Source: the human T2T-CHM13v2.0 reference genome, Homo sapiens
Reading direction: 5' to 3' (one strand)
Length of the DNA: 64,000 bases
Assembly: GCF_009914755.1 (NCBI RefSeq)
Contig: NC_060938.1
The position numbers were made by a program, and so were the translations under genes. Below, piece after piece: positions 17,771-34,536 of the stretch (the stretch's first letter is position 1; every line of letters begins with the position of its first letter). The notes under the pieces were generated by a model. That model saw nothing but the letters and a program-made list of their open reading frames with translations, was not told the DNA's origin and made no database searches.

Positions 17771-17880
17771 TGGAGCACAGATTCTGGTAGCAGATTGCCT
17801 AGGTTTGAACATCATCTCTTACTAGCAGGGTGACTTTGGACAATTATTTAGCCTCCCTGTACCTTACTTTCTTCACCTAT

Positions 17881-18188
17881 TAAATGGGGATATAAAATTA
17901 CTTCACAGGGGTCACTATGAGAATCAACATATACACTATTTAAAGGAGTTAGAGTGCCTGATATATGGTTAATGTTATTTAATGTTTGCTTCATATCATT
18001 ATTATTATTGCTATTAGTTTACTATAACCATAGTTAAATGGGGACAAATAAAAATACCTCACAGGGGTTACTGTGAAAATTGACATATGTACTACTTAAA
18101 GGAGTTAGAGTGCCTGGTATATGACTGATGTTACATAAATGTTTGCATCATATTATTATTATTACTATTAGTTTACCATAACCTTAAT
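17881..18188 (+). repeat. Diverged 154-bp tandem duplication of a MIR 3' half
   Basis: Copies start at 17881 and 18035 (taaatgggga...cacagggg...ttaaaggagttagagtgcctg...attagtttac). Confidence 0.85.
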
Positions 18189-20211
18189 TAGCTTTAAGAA
18201 CCTACGCCCTCTAACTGTCCAAATGAGAAATGCCATCTAGTACCCAGTTACAATTTCTGAAAAGAAAGTTTTACTATTTAAACTCCAAAATTGGTAGAAT
18301 GAATAATTTATATAAAAAGATACAGAATACAGTTTGTTATGACTCTCCATCAAATCAAGCTAGCAGAAAGCCCAGAGAACAAGAGGAGATTATTTGTACC
18401 TCCTGAGAGTATTTACTATTTGGGAACCAAAGGGCATCAGCAAAAATCTAGCTAGAACAAATGTATCTACCTCTTGCTATCAGAATACTGTGTAGAGGTT
18501 AAAATTTCACAAGACAAGTATATTAAGTGAGGAATAGCCAGAGGGGCACTGCTGTTCTTTCTACTAATGTCTCCTCTGTCTGGTATAGCTCATCAAATAC
18601 ACACAGCAAAACACAATTGGCCAAAAACTTTAAAATTCCATGTATCCAAATAGAGCCTCAATACATCTAGTTCTGCAACTACAGGCAATAACAAACTAGA
18701 CTTGAGAGTACTTTCTCTGTAGGCTTGATAAACATATCATGACCCAAACCAACATCCCTATGCATAGATTACGCAACAACAGACAGGACAAGGTAGAAAT
18801 GACACAGCAAATACTACCTCCTCTTCTAGCTTTTTATCATTTTTTACTTTATCATTTCTTTTAACCCAGACTTGGTAGGTGAGAAAGAGAATAAAGTTTT
18901 CAAGCAAAAGTAATGCTTAATCCATTAATTGGAAGAGAGAGTCAGAGACAGTTTGTAGAAAAGTAATAGTACATTTCAGAACAAAGGACCTCAAGATTAG
19001 AGAGATCATGGTGCTTTCAAGAGAGTGCCAGTAATTCAATCCAGGGGAGGGAAGGAGTGCTAACTGGAAAGCGGCAAGAGACAAGGCTGGAGAGGTAGGG
19101 CAGAAGTCAAGAGGAAGAGTTTTTTTTTGTTTGTTGGTTTTTTTTTGATAGTGTTCGAATAAAGAGAGAATTCAGTTTTAAATGTAGAAAATGGAATATC
19201 TACAGAACATTCAAGTGTGATATTTAGAGTTGAGAAGCCAGAGCCACTGTTAGCTGATATGGAAGTTAAAGTCATGGGCCTATATACTCACCCAGAGAAT
19301 GTAAGTAAAGTGAAAAGAAAAGGCTACAGACTCCTGAAGAACACTGATATTTAAGAAGCAGACAAGGAAAGACTCCTTTAAAGATAAAAATAATCAGAGA
19401 GGGAGAAAGAAAACCAGATAAAGAAGCCTCTATCCATCTTCCCAAATTCCTACCTGATCCTATTCCCAGACAAAATCTTATTTGTGTCCATTAACTGAAT
19501 TGGAAGTATCCATAAAAAATTTTAGCACATCAAATATTTAAATAAGGAGATAATAATAGCATCTATTCCAAAGGGTTGTTGGGAGGATTAAATGAGATAA
19601 TGCAGGCTTAGCATAATACCTGGCACTTGGTATATGCTCAACACCTTTAGCTATTATGTTTTTATGAACTTAAAATTTTAAGTAATATGTTCTCATGAAG
19701 ATCTCTGATAATGAAATACATGTACCCAAGACTTTTCCTATAAGTTGCTCAAAGTAAGTGAAATTAAACACTTTCAACTAGTAAAAGCTATGGGCATGAT
19801 TTCTCCTTGGATATATAGAAGAAATTCCTCAGCAATGCAATATATTACATTTAGAAAGGGCAAATTTAAAGCTAAGAAGAAAATATCTATATTTAATGTT
19901 ATAGATGCTTATAATTAAAATGGCTTGAATTTCATAACACCTTAAATAAGTGGTTTTTAAAAATAACTTTGTAGGTTTGTTTTATAACATTTTATGCTAT
20001 GAAATAGGTATTATTTCCTTTAAAGAAGAAAATGAAATTCTGACAGAACATTAAGACTTGAAAAATAATAGCAAAAATGGGATATGAATTAAGTTTGTGC
20101 AATTGCCAAACACTGCTATATGGTGATATAAACCTAGAAGCACATTTTTTTTCCAAATAAGAGATTCCAATTAAGTCTTTATAGATCCATTACCAGAAAG
20201 TCATCTCTTAC

Positions 20212-20938
20212 TAATATGAACAGGAGGCAGGGAAATACTGGGTAGAAGAAGGTGGGGTCCCTGGCAAGGGTTCCACCCTCAAGCCTGGACCCCTGGCCCT
20301 CAATGAGAACATGCACTCCTGTTTTCCCACCCGAATGTTGCCTTTGCCAAAATCACTCTGGCCCACAACCCCAACCCTGTACCCATAAAATCCCCAAACT
20401 CCACTGGCGGAGGAGCAAAACAGCACTGTAGAGAAGGAGAGAAGAGAAGTGTCTGCATATCAAGAGGAGTTTGGCCCAGGATGGTCAGGAGAAGATTATC
20501 TTCCCACTCCATCCCCTCTCCAGTTCGCCATACCACTTAGAGCCACTTCCATTGCTCAATAAAATCCTCCATATACACCACCCTTCAATCTGTTCGTGTA
20601 ACCTGGTTCTTCCTGGACGCTGGACAATCCAGGATGCACTGGGTGCAGGAACCCAAAAAGGCTGTCACACTGACTCTTCACTGAGTTGTTCAACACTTAA
20701 GCTGCTGGTGTTAAAGAATATTGTTTGTAACACACACCCTCTGGGGCTCCAGAGGTTGTGGGTAACCTTAGATGCTGCCACAGGCAAGCCAGCACCCAAA
20801 GGCACTCACCCCAGCTCTCCTGCAACCTCTCACCTGCATGCCCCACTCCCACAAGGGGTTTGAGCTGGGCAGCCAACTAAACGAGCTACACCCTTGTTAC
20901 AAGTCCTGCAAAGGGGTCAAGGGAACTCTCTCATCTCA
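20212..20938 (+). mobile_element. ERV1 solo LTR (LTR1 family)
   Basis: acaggaggcagggaaatactgggtagaaga start, AATAAA near 20558, CA end, TSD ttac / ctac. Confidence 0.8.
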
Positions 20939-21465
20939 CTACCAGAAAATCACATTAACCTATGCTACTCAAAGAAGCTATTCCTCAGAGTAATATATAA
21001 AAACATCTACTGGCTATCATGTTCAAGGGGATAGAACACACTGTAATTTGTTTCTGTAAAATTGAGGTCTATAAAACTAATTTTATGAATTAAAAAGCAG
21101 ATAACTAAAATTGTTCTAAAATTTAAAATGATTTTAAAGTCTAATTATAACATAAAACTTTTAAAGATTATAAATGAACAACCTGCAAGATCCAACTTTT
21201 TACTGGTAACTTTAAAGTATTTTTAGGTATAACAATTTCCATAAAAGCACCACAAAAAAAGCTCTTGGCTTGTTTAACTTTTTAAAATCATTGACTAGAA
21301 GTAGATGATAATTTAGAAACTGATTAGTCAGTTGAATGATAATTATATCCTTTGTTGTGAACTTTGATTTTGTATAAAAAATAACTCATAGGAATTGTTC
21401 CATTATATTCAATAAAAATATAATTTTAATAGACAACCTTTAAGGTAACTGAAAATTGAAATACA

Positions 21466-21767
21466 GGCTGGGTGCAGTGGCTCAAGCCTGTAATTCCAGC
21501 ACTTTGGGAGGTCAACAACACTGGAGGATAGCTTAAGGCCAGAAGTTTGAGACCAGCCTGGGCACCACAGTGAGATCCCATCTCTACCAAAAAAAAAAAT
21601 TAGCCAGGCATGATGGTATGTGCCTGTAGTCCTAGTTGTTCAGGAAGGTGAGGCAGGAACATTGCTTGAGCCCAAGAGTATGAGTTATGATCATGTCACT
21701 GCACTCCAGCCTGGGCAGCAGAGCGTGACCCTGTCTCTAAAAATAAAAAAATAAAATTAAAATAAAA
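21466..21767 (+). mobile_element. AluJ
   Basis: Diverged dimer. Confidence 0.9.
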
Positions 21768-22066
21768 CATATACAGCTTTCTGAGAAACTTAATTTTCCT
21801 AAGATATCATCCATCTGTCCTGTCAAAATACCCTATCTGGAAAAGAGTTACATAGAAAAATCTGTATAATAACCATGTAATATTCCACTGAATCAAAATC
21901 ACTTTGGCTTTCAAGGTAATAATTAATTCAATTGAGAAAGTTCTTGACATGATGAAATAAAAACCCCATTGTTATATATCAACCTCCCACCCCACCTACC
22001 CACCTCCACCTTTGGACAAATAATTTTCATCAAGTGTCCAATTTAATATTTATAGATTTATAATCA

Positions 22067-22312
<246 letters not shown>

Positions 22313-22425
22313 TTATTAAAAATTGCTTATACAGATTTTATAGTATTTGGTAGATGTAAAACACATATACCAGTGTGAACATTAGACTTTATCCACTTTA
22401 GACAATTTGGATTTTTTAAAAATTA

Positions 22426-22714
22426 TTTTTGTTGAGACAGAGTCTCGTTCTGTCAGCTAGGCTGGAGTGCAGTGGTGTGATCTCAGCTCACTGCAACCTC
22501 CATCCCGCCAAGTTCAAGCAATTCTTGTGTCTCAGCCTCCTGAGTAGCTGGGATTACAGGCACCCGCCACCACGCCCAGCTAATTTTTGTATTTTTAGTA
22601 GAGATGGGGTTTCGCCACATTGGCCAGGTTAGTCTTGAACTCCTGACCTCAAGTGATCCGCCTGCCTCAGCTTCCAAAAGTGCTGGGATTATGGTGTGAG
22701 CCACCACGCCCAGC
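22426..22714 (-). mobile_element. AluS
   Basis: Full dimer about 140 nt from the exon 2 acceptor. Confidence 0.92.
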
Positions 22715-23322
22715 AGGTAATTTGGATTTAAAATAAATAGCTTCTATAAAAATCCATGCTAACAGTTACTACTTCATAGAATATGTGATAAACAGTTAAT
22801 GATAAGCTAATTATACCCTTCATAATCCCTGCAATATATTGTGTGTAAACTTCTCAAGAAAAGAACTCTCACAAGAGAGCAATTGGATCACAGCAACAAA
22901 TTGGTAGCCTTTTCCTCATTTAGTATTCACCTGTTTCCAAGCCTTCTTTCCCATTTTACTATTCCTTTCACTGGATAAAGTTAGACAAAATCTTAATGTC
23001 TAAATACAGCATTTAGTAGCACTCCTACTATAACACTAATTCTTAAATTATAAATTCCATTTTAAGAAACAGAAAGGTCACCCATAATTCGCAAAAAAAA
23101 ATCTATGAGTCTCTAAAAACAAGACAAAGACCTAGCAGTTGGTAATAGTTTATGTACATCAGCAGAAGGCGGGGAAAATATAAATTTCTATTTGATAATT
23201 TTTTCTATATGTCAATTTACAATATCATATTTGCCCTTGAGATGAACAAGAAAATCACACCTGGCATCACGGTGGAGAATCACTAAAAGGGGAAAATTAG
23301 GAGGATATTAAAACAGAATCAA

Positions 23323-23640
23323 GGCTGGGTGTAGCGGCTCATGCCTATAATATCAGTGCTTTGAGAGGCCAAGGCTGGAGGATCACCTGAGGTCAGGAGT
23401 TCAAGATCACCCTGGGAAACACAGCAAACCATTGTCTCTACAAAAAAAAAATTTTTTTTAATGAGCCAGACATAGCAGCATACACCTCTATTCCCAGCTA
23501 CTTGAGGGGCTGAGGTGAGAAGATCGCTTGAACCCAGGAGTTCAAGGAACCCAGGAGTTCAAGGCTGCAATGAGCTATGACTGCACCACTGCATTCCAGC
23601 CTGGGCTTCTGGGCCAGATCCTGTCTCTAAAGTAAATAAA
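23323..23640 (+). mobile_element. AluJ with an internal 17-bp duplication
   Basis: gaacccaggagttcaag repeated at ~23530-23563. Confidence 0.9.
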
Positions 23641-25380
23641 GAAGATAAAATTAACAGATTGGATGCAGGGGACAAGGGGAAGAGAGGGGTCTAAGATGAC
23701 TCGGGTTTCTGGCTTGGGTATTTGAATGGTTTGGGGTGGTATTCATCAAGTCAGGGAATACTAAAGGGGTAATCAATGGGAGAGAAGATGAGTGGGAATA
23801 CCAGGCTGGTTCAACATATGAAATCAACAAATATGGCATATTAACAGAAGAAAGGTCAAAAAAACTCCCATATATGTTTATCTCAATAGACACAGAAAAA
23901 TTATTTGACAAAACCCAATCCCTTCATGATAAAAACACATAAACTAGAAACTGAAGGAAACTTCCTCAAACTGACAAAGGACATCTACATAAACCCAAAG
24001 CTAATAACATATTTAATGATGAAAGCCTGAAAGCAATCCCACTAAGTAAAGGGAAAAAACAAGGATGTCAGTTCTTGTCACTCATTTAACTTATTAGATA
24101 TTCTAGCCAAGAAAAATAGGCCAGGAAAAGGAACAAAAAGTAAAAGTAAAGATCTCTATTGGCAGATGATATGATCATATATACAGAAAATCCTAAGGAA
24201 TCCACAAAGAAACAACCAAAAAATGAAGAGCTAATATGAATTCAGCAAGGTTGCAGGATATACGATCAACATAAAAAATCTATTGTATTTCTATACACTA
24301 GCAACGAACAATAAAAAAATTAAAGAAAATAATCCCACTTACAGTAGCATCAAGAGGAATAAAACATTTAGGAATAAATTAAACAAAGTACAAGATTTGT
24401 ACACTGAAAACTACAAAAACCCACTGAAGGACATTTTAAAAGATCTAAATAAATGGAAAGACATCTCATTTCTGGGCTTAGAGGAATGTAATATTTGTAA
24501 GATGGCAATACTTCTCAAATTGATCTACAGAGTCAACATAATCCTTGTCAAAATACTAGTTGTCTTTCTTGAAGAAACTGACAAGCTGATTCTAAAATCC
24601 AGAAAGACTCAAAATAACCAAAACTATCCTGAAAAACAAGAACAAAGTTGGAAAAATCACACTTTCCAATTTCTAAACTTACAAACTTACTACAAAACTA
24701 CAGTAATCAAGACAGTGTGGTACTGGCATAAGGATATGCAGATCAATCAAACAGAATCGTGAGTCCAGAAGTAAACCCATACATTTGTGGTCAACTGATT
24801 TCAACAAGGGTGGTGCCAAGACAATTCAATGGGGGATAAAATGGTCATTTCAACAAATAGTACTGGGACACCTGAATATATATCCACATACAAAAAAATA
24901 AATTTGGACACATACCTCAAACCATATACAAATGTCAACTCAAAATGGATCAGAAGCTAAAATAATTGTTAAAACTCTTGGAAGAAAATATAGGCATAAA
25001 TCTTACCAATCTTGAATGAAGCAGTGGTTTCTCAGATATAACACAAAGCATTAGTGACAAAAAAAAAAGCAGATAAAATGGACTTAATCAAAATTAAAAA
25101 CTTTTATGCTTCTAAGGACAATCATCAAGAACATAGTAATGCAACCCAGAGAATGGGAGAAAATATTTGCAGAGCATATATCTGATAAGGGACTTCTATT
25201 AAGAATATATAAAGAATTCCTACAAATCAACAATAAAACTATAAATAATCCAATTTTTCAAACAAATAAAGGATTTTAACAGACATACCCCCAAGGAAGA
25301 TATACAAAAGGCACATAAAAAGATGCTCAACATCAATAGTCAGCAGGGAAATACAAATCAAAAATCACAATAATATACCA

Positions 25381-25768
25381 TTTCTTTTTTTCTTTCTCTT
25401 TCTTTCCCTCTTTCCTTCCTTCCTTTTCTTGCTTTCTTCCTTTCTCTCTCTTTCTCTCCTTTCTTTCTATTTATTTATTTCAGACAGGGTCTCACTCTGT
25501 CACCCAGGCTGGAGTACAGTGACACAATCACCACTCACTGCAGCCTCGACCTCCCATACTTAAGACTCATCCTCCTGCTTTGGCCTCTCAAGTAGCTGAG
25601 ACTACAGGTGGGTGCCACCACACCTGTCTAATTTTTTTTTTTTTTTTTTGTAGAGATGGGGTCTCCCTATGTTGCCCAGACTGGTCTCAAACTTTTGGGC
25701 TTAAGAGATCCTCCCACCTCAGGCTCTCAAAATTCTAGTATTACAGGCATGAGCCACTGCTCCCAGTC
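25381..25768 (-). mobile_element. AluJ with CT-rich tail
   Basis: Alu dimer preceded by (CTTT/CCTT)n. Confidence 0.9.
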
Positions 25769-25810
25769 CACTTCTATAAATATACATATATATACATATA
25801 TATGTGTATT

Positions 25811-26106
<296 letters not shown>

Positions 26107-27015
26107 CACTTCTATATTTTAAAAGACAGAAAATATGAAGTATTGGCAAGGATGTGGAAAAAGCGTAACCCTTAAACATTGATTATGGGATTGTAAAATG
26201 ATGTAGCCTCTTTGGAAAACCGCTTGGTAGCTATTCAAAAGGCTAAACAAAGTTACCGTATGATCCAGCAATTCTATTCCTAGATGTATTCCCAAAAGGA
26301 ATGAAAACATATGTCCACACAAAACTTGTACACAAATGTTCACAGCAGCATCATTCACAAATGGCCAAAAAGTAGAAACAATCCAAATGTTTGACTGAAT
26401 CACGAATAAAATGTGGTATCCACACAACAAAAATGACAAAAGGAATAAAGCATTAATACATGCTACAACATGGATGAACCTTGAAAACATTACGCTAAGT
26501 GAAGGAAAACAGATATATAAGGGCCACATATCATATTAATACATTATGAAATGTCCAGAATATGCAAATCCATAAAGAAAGTAGATTAGTGATTGCCAGG
26601 TGCTGGAAGGAGAGGAGAATGGATAAGGACTGCTAATGAGCTTGGGAATTTTTTAGGGGTGATAAATATTCTGAAATTAGATAGAAGTGATGGTTGAAAA
26701 ACTTTGACTATACTAAAAATCACTGAATTGTGCACTTAAAGTGTACATTTTATGTTATGTGAATCATATCTCAGTTTTTAAAAAGTGAAAAAAAATACTG
26801 ACATTACTGTCTGTACACATATTTTTAGTATAAGGATTTATGCAAAGAAAACCTTTGAAGTTAGACAGACATGGGTTCAAAATTCTGGCTCTGCTCTTCA
26901 CAGGCTTCTTAGCAAATTCTTTATCTTCATCTTGTTTTCTCACCTTCAAAAAGGGCATATATTTACTACAAGTAATATGAGGGAAATTTCCCCAAGCTTG
27001 AAAACTGGGGAGGAA

Positions 27016-27315
27016 GGCTGTGTGGTGGCTTGTGTCTGTAAACCCAGTGCTTTGGGAGGCTGAGGCAGGAGGATCACTTCAGGCTAGGAGTTCAAGACCA
27101 GCCTGGGCAACACAGCAAGACCCCACCTCTACAAAAAATAAAACAACTAGCCAGGTGTGATGGTACATGCCCGTAGTCCCAGTTATTCAGAAGGCTGAGG
27201 CATGAAGATCACCTGAGGCCAGGAGTTCAAGGCTGCAGTGAGCTGTGATCATGCCACTATACTCCAGTCTGAGTGACAGGGCAAGTCACCATCTCTTAAA
27301 AAAAAAAAAAAAAAA
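27016..27315 (+). mobile_element. AluJ
   Basis: TSD aaaactggggag. Confidence 0.92.
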
Positions 27316-28809
27316 ACTGGGGAGAAAAACTATGCAGGTCCTCATAGTTTAACTACAAAATCTTCATACAATAGAACAGAGGTATTCAAAGTCAAGTTAG
27401 AGAAAAAGGATAGGGTGGGTCCGTGTTTAGATTTATAAGAAACTGTCAGTTTTCCACAGTAGTTGTACCATGTTACACTCTCACCAGCAATGTAAGAAAG
27501 TTCCAGTTGCTCCACATTCCTACTAATATTTGGTAGTGTCAGTGTTCTTAATTTGAATTTCCCTGATGACTACTCACATGGACTAATTGGTCTTATAATG
27601 ATCTGTTCAAGTCTTCTAGCCATTTTCATTAGGTTGCCTTTATATTTTTGAGTTTTCAAAGTATTTCATATATTCTCAATACAAGTCCCTTTGTCCTACA
27701 TGGGACTTGCAAATATTTTCTCCCAGACTGTAGCTTTTCTTTGCATTCTCTGTTTCTCTCACAGAGCAAACATTTTTTAATTTTTATGAAGTCTATCTAG
27801 TTCATTGACTTTTGTTTTATGGACCATGCTTTTGCTTAACCAAAGGTAATAAAGATTTCCTCTGATATTTTCTAAAACTTTTATAGTTTGTCTTACATTT
27901 AAAGCTACAATCTATTTTGAGTTAATTTTTGTATAAAGTGTAATGTAGGTTATAGTTGTTTGTTTGTTTGTTTTTTGCTGTCTTTATGTAAGATTCCTAA
28001 CTTTCCAGCACCATGTATTGAAAAGACTATCTTTTCTCCATTGACTTCCCCAAGCACTTTTGTCAAAAATCAATTGACCATATCTATATTACTTTTCCAC
28101 AAATTGCACCCTGTATTTTACACCATTAACCTATGTATCTATCCTTTCACCAATACCACACTGCCTTCATGAGTATAGCTTTATTATAAGCCTTAAAATT
28201 GAATACTGTGAGTCCTCTACCTTTGTTCTTTTTCCAAATTGCTTTGGCTATTCTAATTACTTCATCTTTCCTATAAAGTTTAGAATCAGCTGTATATCCT
28301 ATATATCTTGTTGGGATTATGATTAGAATTGTATTATATCTATAAAAAACTTTGAAGAGAAGTGACATCTTAATTATATTGAGTCTTCCAATCCATAAAC
28401 ATAGTACGCCCGCCCTCCATTTTTCAGGTATTCTTTGTTTTCTGTCTCATTTTATAGTTTTTAGTATATAACATAGACCTTGCATAGATTTTGTAAAATT
28501 TATATAGATATTTTTGAGCTTTTGTAGACAGTATTGCTGTAAAATTTCAGTTTCCAATTGTTCATTGCTAGTAGGTAGAAATATAACTAATTTACGTATG
28601 TTGACCTGGTATCCTGTGACCCTGATAAATTCACTGAGTTTTAGGAGTAGTGTTTTTTGTGTGAGTTTTTAAAAAATAAATTATTTGGAATTTTCTATGT
28701 AGGCAATCATGTTGTCTAAGAATAGAGACAATTTATTTCTTCCTTTTCTTTCTATAAGCCTTTTTATTTCTTGTCTGATTGCACTGGCTTGAACTTCTAG
28801 CAGGATGTT

Positions 28810-31374
<2,565 letters not shown>

Positions 31375-32707
31375 TAGCAGGATGTTTAATTAGAAGTGAC
31401 AAGAATAGACACTCTGGTCTTTTTCCTGCTTTTACAAGGAAAACATTCAGTCTCTCACCATCAGGAATAAACTTAGCTGTAGGTTTTTACAGATGCTTTT
31501 ATAGCCGGGTTAAAGAAGTGGACTTCTAGTCCTAGTTTGCTAAGCATTTTAAAAATATGAATAAGTATTAAATTCTGTCAAATGCTTTTCCTGTAACTAC
31601 TGAGATAGTCACCTGGCTTTTCTTCTTTAGCAATTATATAGCGAATTACACTGATTAATTTTTAAATGTTGAACCAGCCTTGTATTCCTGGAATGAATCC
31701 TACCTGGAATGAAACCTGGTTATGATATATTATCCTACTGACGGATTTTATTTGCTTATTAGCTTATTTTGTTGAGAATTTTTACATCTATATTAATGAG
31801 GGACAGTTGTCTGTAGTTTCCTTTTCTTCAAATGTTTGTCTGGATTTTGTATTAGAGTGATGCCAGCCTCATAAACACAGTTGAGAAGTAGTACTTCCTC
31901 TTCTATTTTCTATAAGCAATTGTGTGGAATTGGAATCATTTATTCTTGTAAGTTTGGTAGTTTATATCTTTTGAGGGAATAGTTCATTTCATCTCAGTTG
32001 TCAAATGTATAAGTTGTTTATAGTAATCCCTTATTCTCCTTTTAACGTCTTTAGGTCAATAGTGATATCCTGATGAATACTGGTAATTTTTGTCTTCTCT
32101 TTTTTATTCTTGGTCAGCCTAGCTAGAAGTTTATCAATCTGATCCTTTTCAAAGAACCAACTTTAGGTTTTTCTCTATTGTTTCACTGTTTGCACTAATT
32201 GTCTTCATTATTTCCTACTTTGTTTGTTTTTGTGTTTGCTCTTCCATTTCTATTTTCTTAAGTCAGACTCCTAGATTACTGACCTGAGATTATTTTTCTT
32301 TTAAAAAATATGCATTTTAATGCTCCAAATTTCCCTTGAAACACTGCTTTGGCTGAATTTTACAAATTTTGATATGTTGTATTTTCACTTTCTTCTTCTT
32401 TTCATTTTCATAATATATTCTACTTTCCCTTCTGTTCTGTGTTACTGATTTTTATTTTGATTCCATTATGGTCAGAGAACATACTCTATATGATTTCAAT
32501 TCTTTTAAATTTGTTAAGGTTTGTTTTATAATATATAGCCTATTTTGGTAAACGTTTTGGCACTTGAAAAGGATGTGCATTCTGCCATGACTAGCTCATG
32601 CTGTTTTCTATGCCATGAATAATAAAGTCCTTTGTCTCTAACCTAGGAATTTCACGTCTTTGCCAGCATCCAAAGAAAAAAGTAACATATTAGTTTGTAA
32701 CAAGGGT

Positions 32708-33335
32708 ATTATATTAGTTTTCTATGCTGATGTCACAAATTACCATAAATTTAGCACCTTAAAGCAATACAAGCTTATTATCTCCCAGTTCTGCAGGGCA
32801 GAAATCTGGTTAGTGTGGCTCAGCTGAGTCCTGTGCATACAGTCTCACAAGGCCAAAAGTCAAGGTGTTAACACAACTAAATTACTTTCTAGAGTCTCTG
32901 GGGATGAGTCAGCTTCCAAGTTCATTCAGAACGTTAGCTGAATTCAATTCCTTGTGGTAAAGGGACTGAGGCTTTCACTCCCCTGCTGGCTGTCAAGGGG
33001 GAACTGCTCACCTCCTCAAGGCCAACTGCATGCCTCATGATGTTACCACCTCCATCTTCCAATCAGCAACGGCACATTGAGTTCTTCTCAAGCTTTGAAT
33101 CTTTCTGACTTCTGCTGCATGTTTTCTCATTCCAGCTAAAGAAAATTATTTGCTTTTAAGGGCTCACATAATTAGACTGGGCCCATCTAGATAATTCAAG
33201 ATACTCTCAATATCTTAAGGTACATCCCTATCTTAATTATATCTGCAAAGTCATGTGTGCTTTGTTTAACATAAAAAATTCACAGGTTCCAGGAATTAGA
33301 GTATGGATATCTTTGGGGCCAGTCTGGCTACCATG
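32708..33335 (-). mobile_element. MLT1 (MaLR) LTR
   Basis: tattagttttctat...acaaattaccataaatttag...ggatatctttggggcc. Confidence 0.75.
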
Positions 33336-33480
33336 CAGACTCAGAAATTGAGTCCCCTGGAGAATTATTTATATTTTTATATTTTCAGTTCTAAGTATTC
33401 CATTTTTCTACAACTTCTATTTCTTTGCTGAGAACTTCCAACATTCTATTTGTTTTAAGAACAGTTACTTCATGGCATAC

Positions 33481-34536
33481 TGTTGTGGGAAGTCAGGGAC
33501 CCCGAACGGAGGGACCGGCTGAAGCCATGGCAGAAGAACATAAATTGTGAAGATTTCATGGACATTTATTAGCTCCCCAAATTAATACTTTTATAATTTC
33601 TTATGCCTGTCTTTACTGCAATCTCTGAACATAAATTGTGAAGATTTAATGGACATTTATCACTTCCCCAATCAATACTCTTGCGATTTCCTATGCCTGT
33701 CTTTACTTTAATCTCTTAATCTCGTCATCTTCGTAAGCTGAGGATGTATGTCGCCTCAGGACCCTGTGATTATTGCGTTAACTGCACAAATTGTTTAAAC
33801 AATATGAAATCTGGGCACCTTGAAAAAAGAACAGGATAACAGCGATGTTCAGGGAACAAGGGAGATAACCATTAGGTCTGGCTGCCTGAGAGCTGGGCGG
33901 AACAGAGCCATATTTCTCTTCTTTCAAAAGCAAATAGGAGAAATATTGCTGAATTCTTTTTCTCAGCAAGGAACATCCCTGAGAAAGAGAATGTGTTCCC
34001 AAGGGGAGGTCTCTAAAATGGCCGCTTTGGGAATGTCTGTCTTTTACAGTTGTGGATAAGGGATGAAATAAGCCCCGGTCTCCCATAGCGCTCCCAGGCT
34101 TATTGGGACGAGGAAATTCCTGCCTAATAAATTTTGGTCAGACCGGTCGTCTGCTCTCAAACCCGGTCTCCTGATGTTACCAATGACAATGCATGCCCAA
34201 AACTTCATTAGCAATTTTAATTTCGCCCCAGTCCTGTGATCTCGCCCTGCCTCCATTTGCCTTCTGATATTTTATTACCTTGTGAAGTATGTGATCTCTG
34301 TGACCCACACCCTATTCGTACACTCCCTCCCCTTTTGAAAATCACTAATAAAAACTTACCAGTTTTGCAGCTTGAGGGGCATCACGGAACCTGCCAACAT
34401 GTGATGTCTCCCCCAGACACCCAGCTTTAAAATTTCTCTCTTTTGTACTCTTTCCCTTTATTTCTCAGACTGGCCGACACTTAGGGAAAATAGAAAAGGA
34501 CCCACGTTGAGTATCGGGGGCTGGTTTCCCCCGATA
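33481..34536 (+). mobile_element. MER11C-like solo LTR (HERV-K11/HML-8)
   Basis: tgttgtgggaagtcagggaccccgaacggagg start, cccccgata end, 6-bp TSD gcatac / gcacac, internal aacataaattgtgaagatt repeat. Confidence 0.9.
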
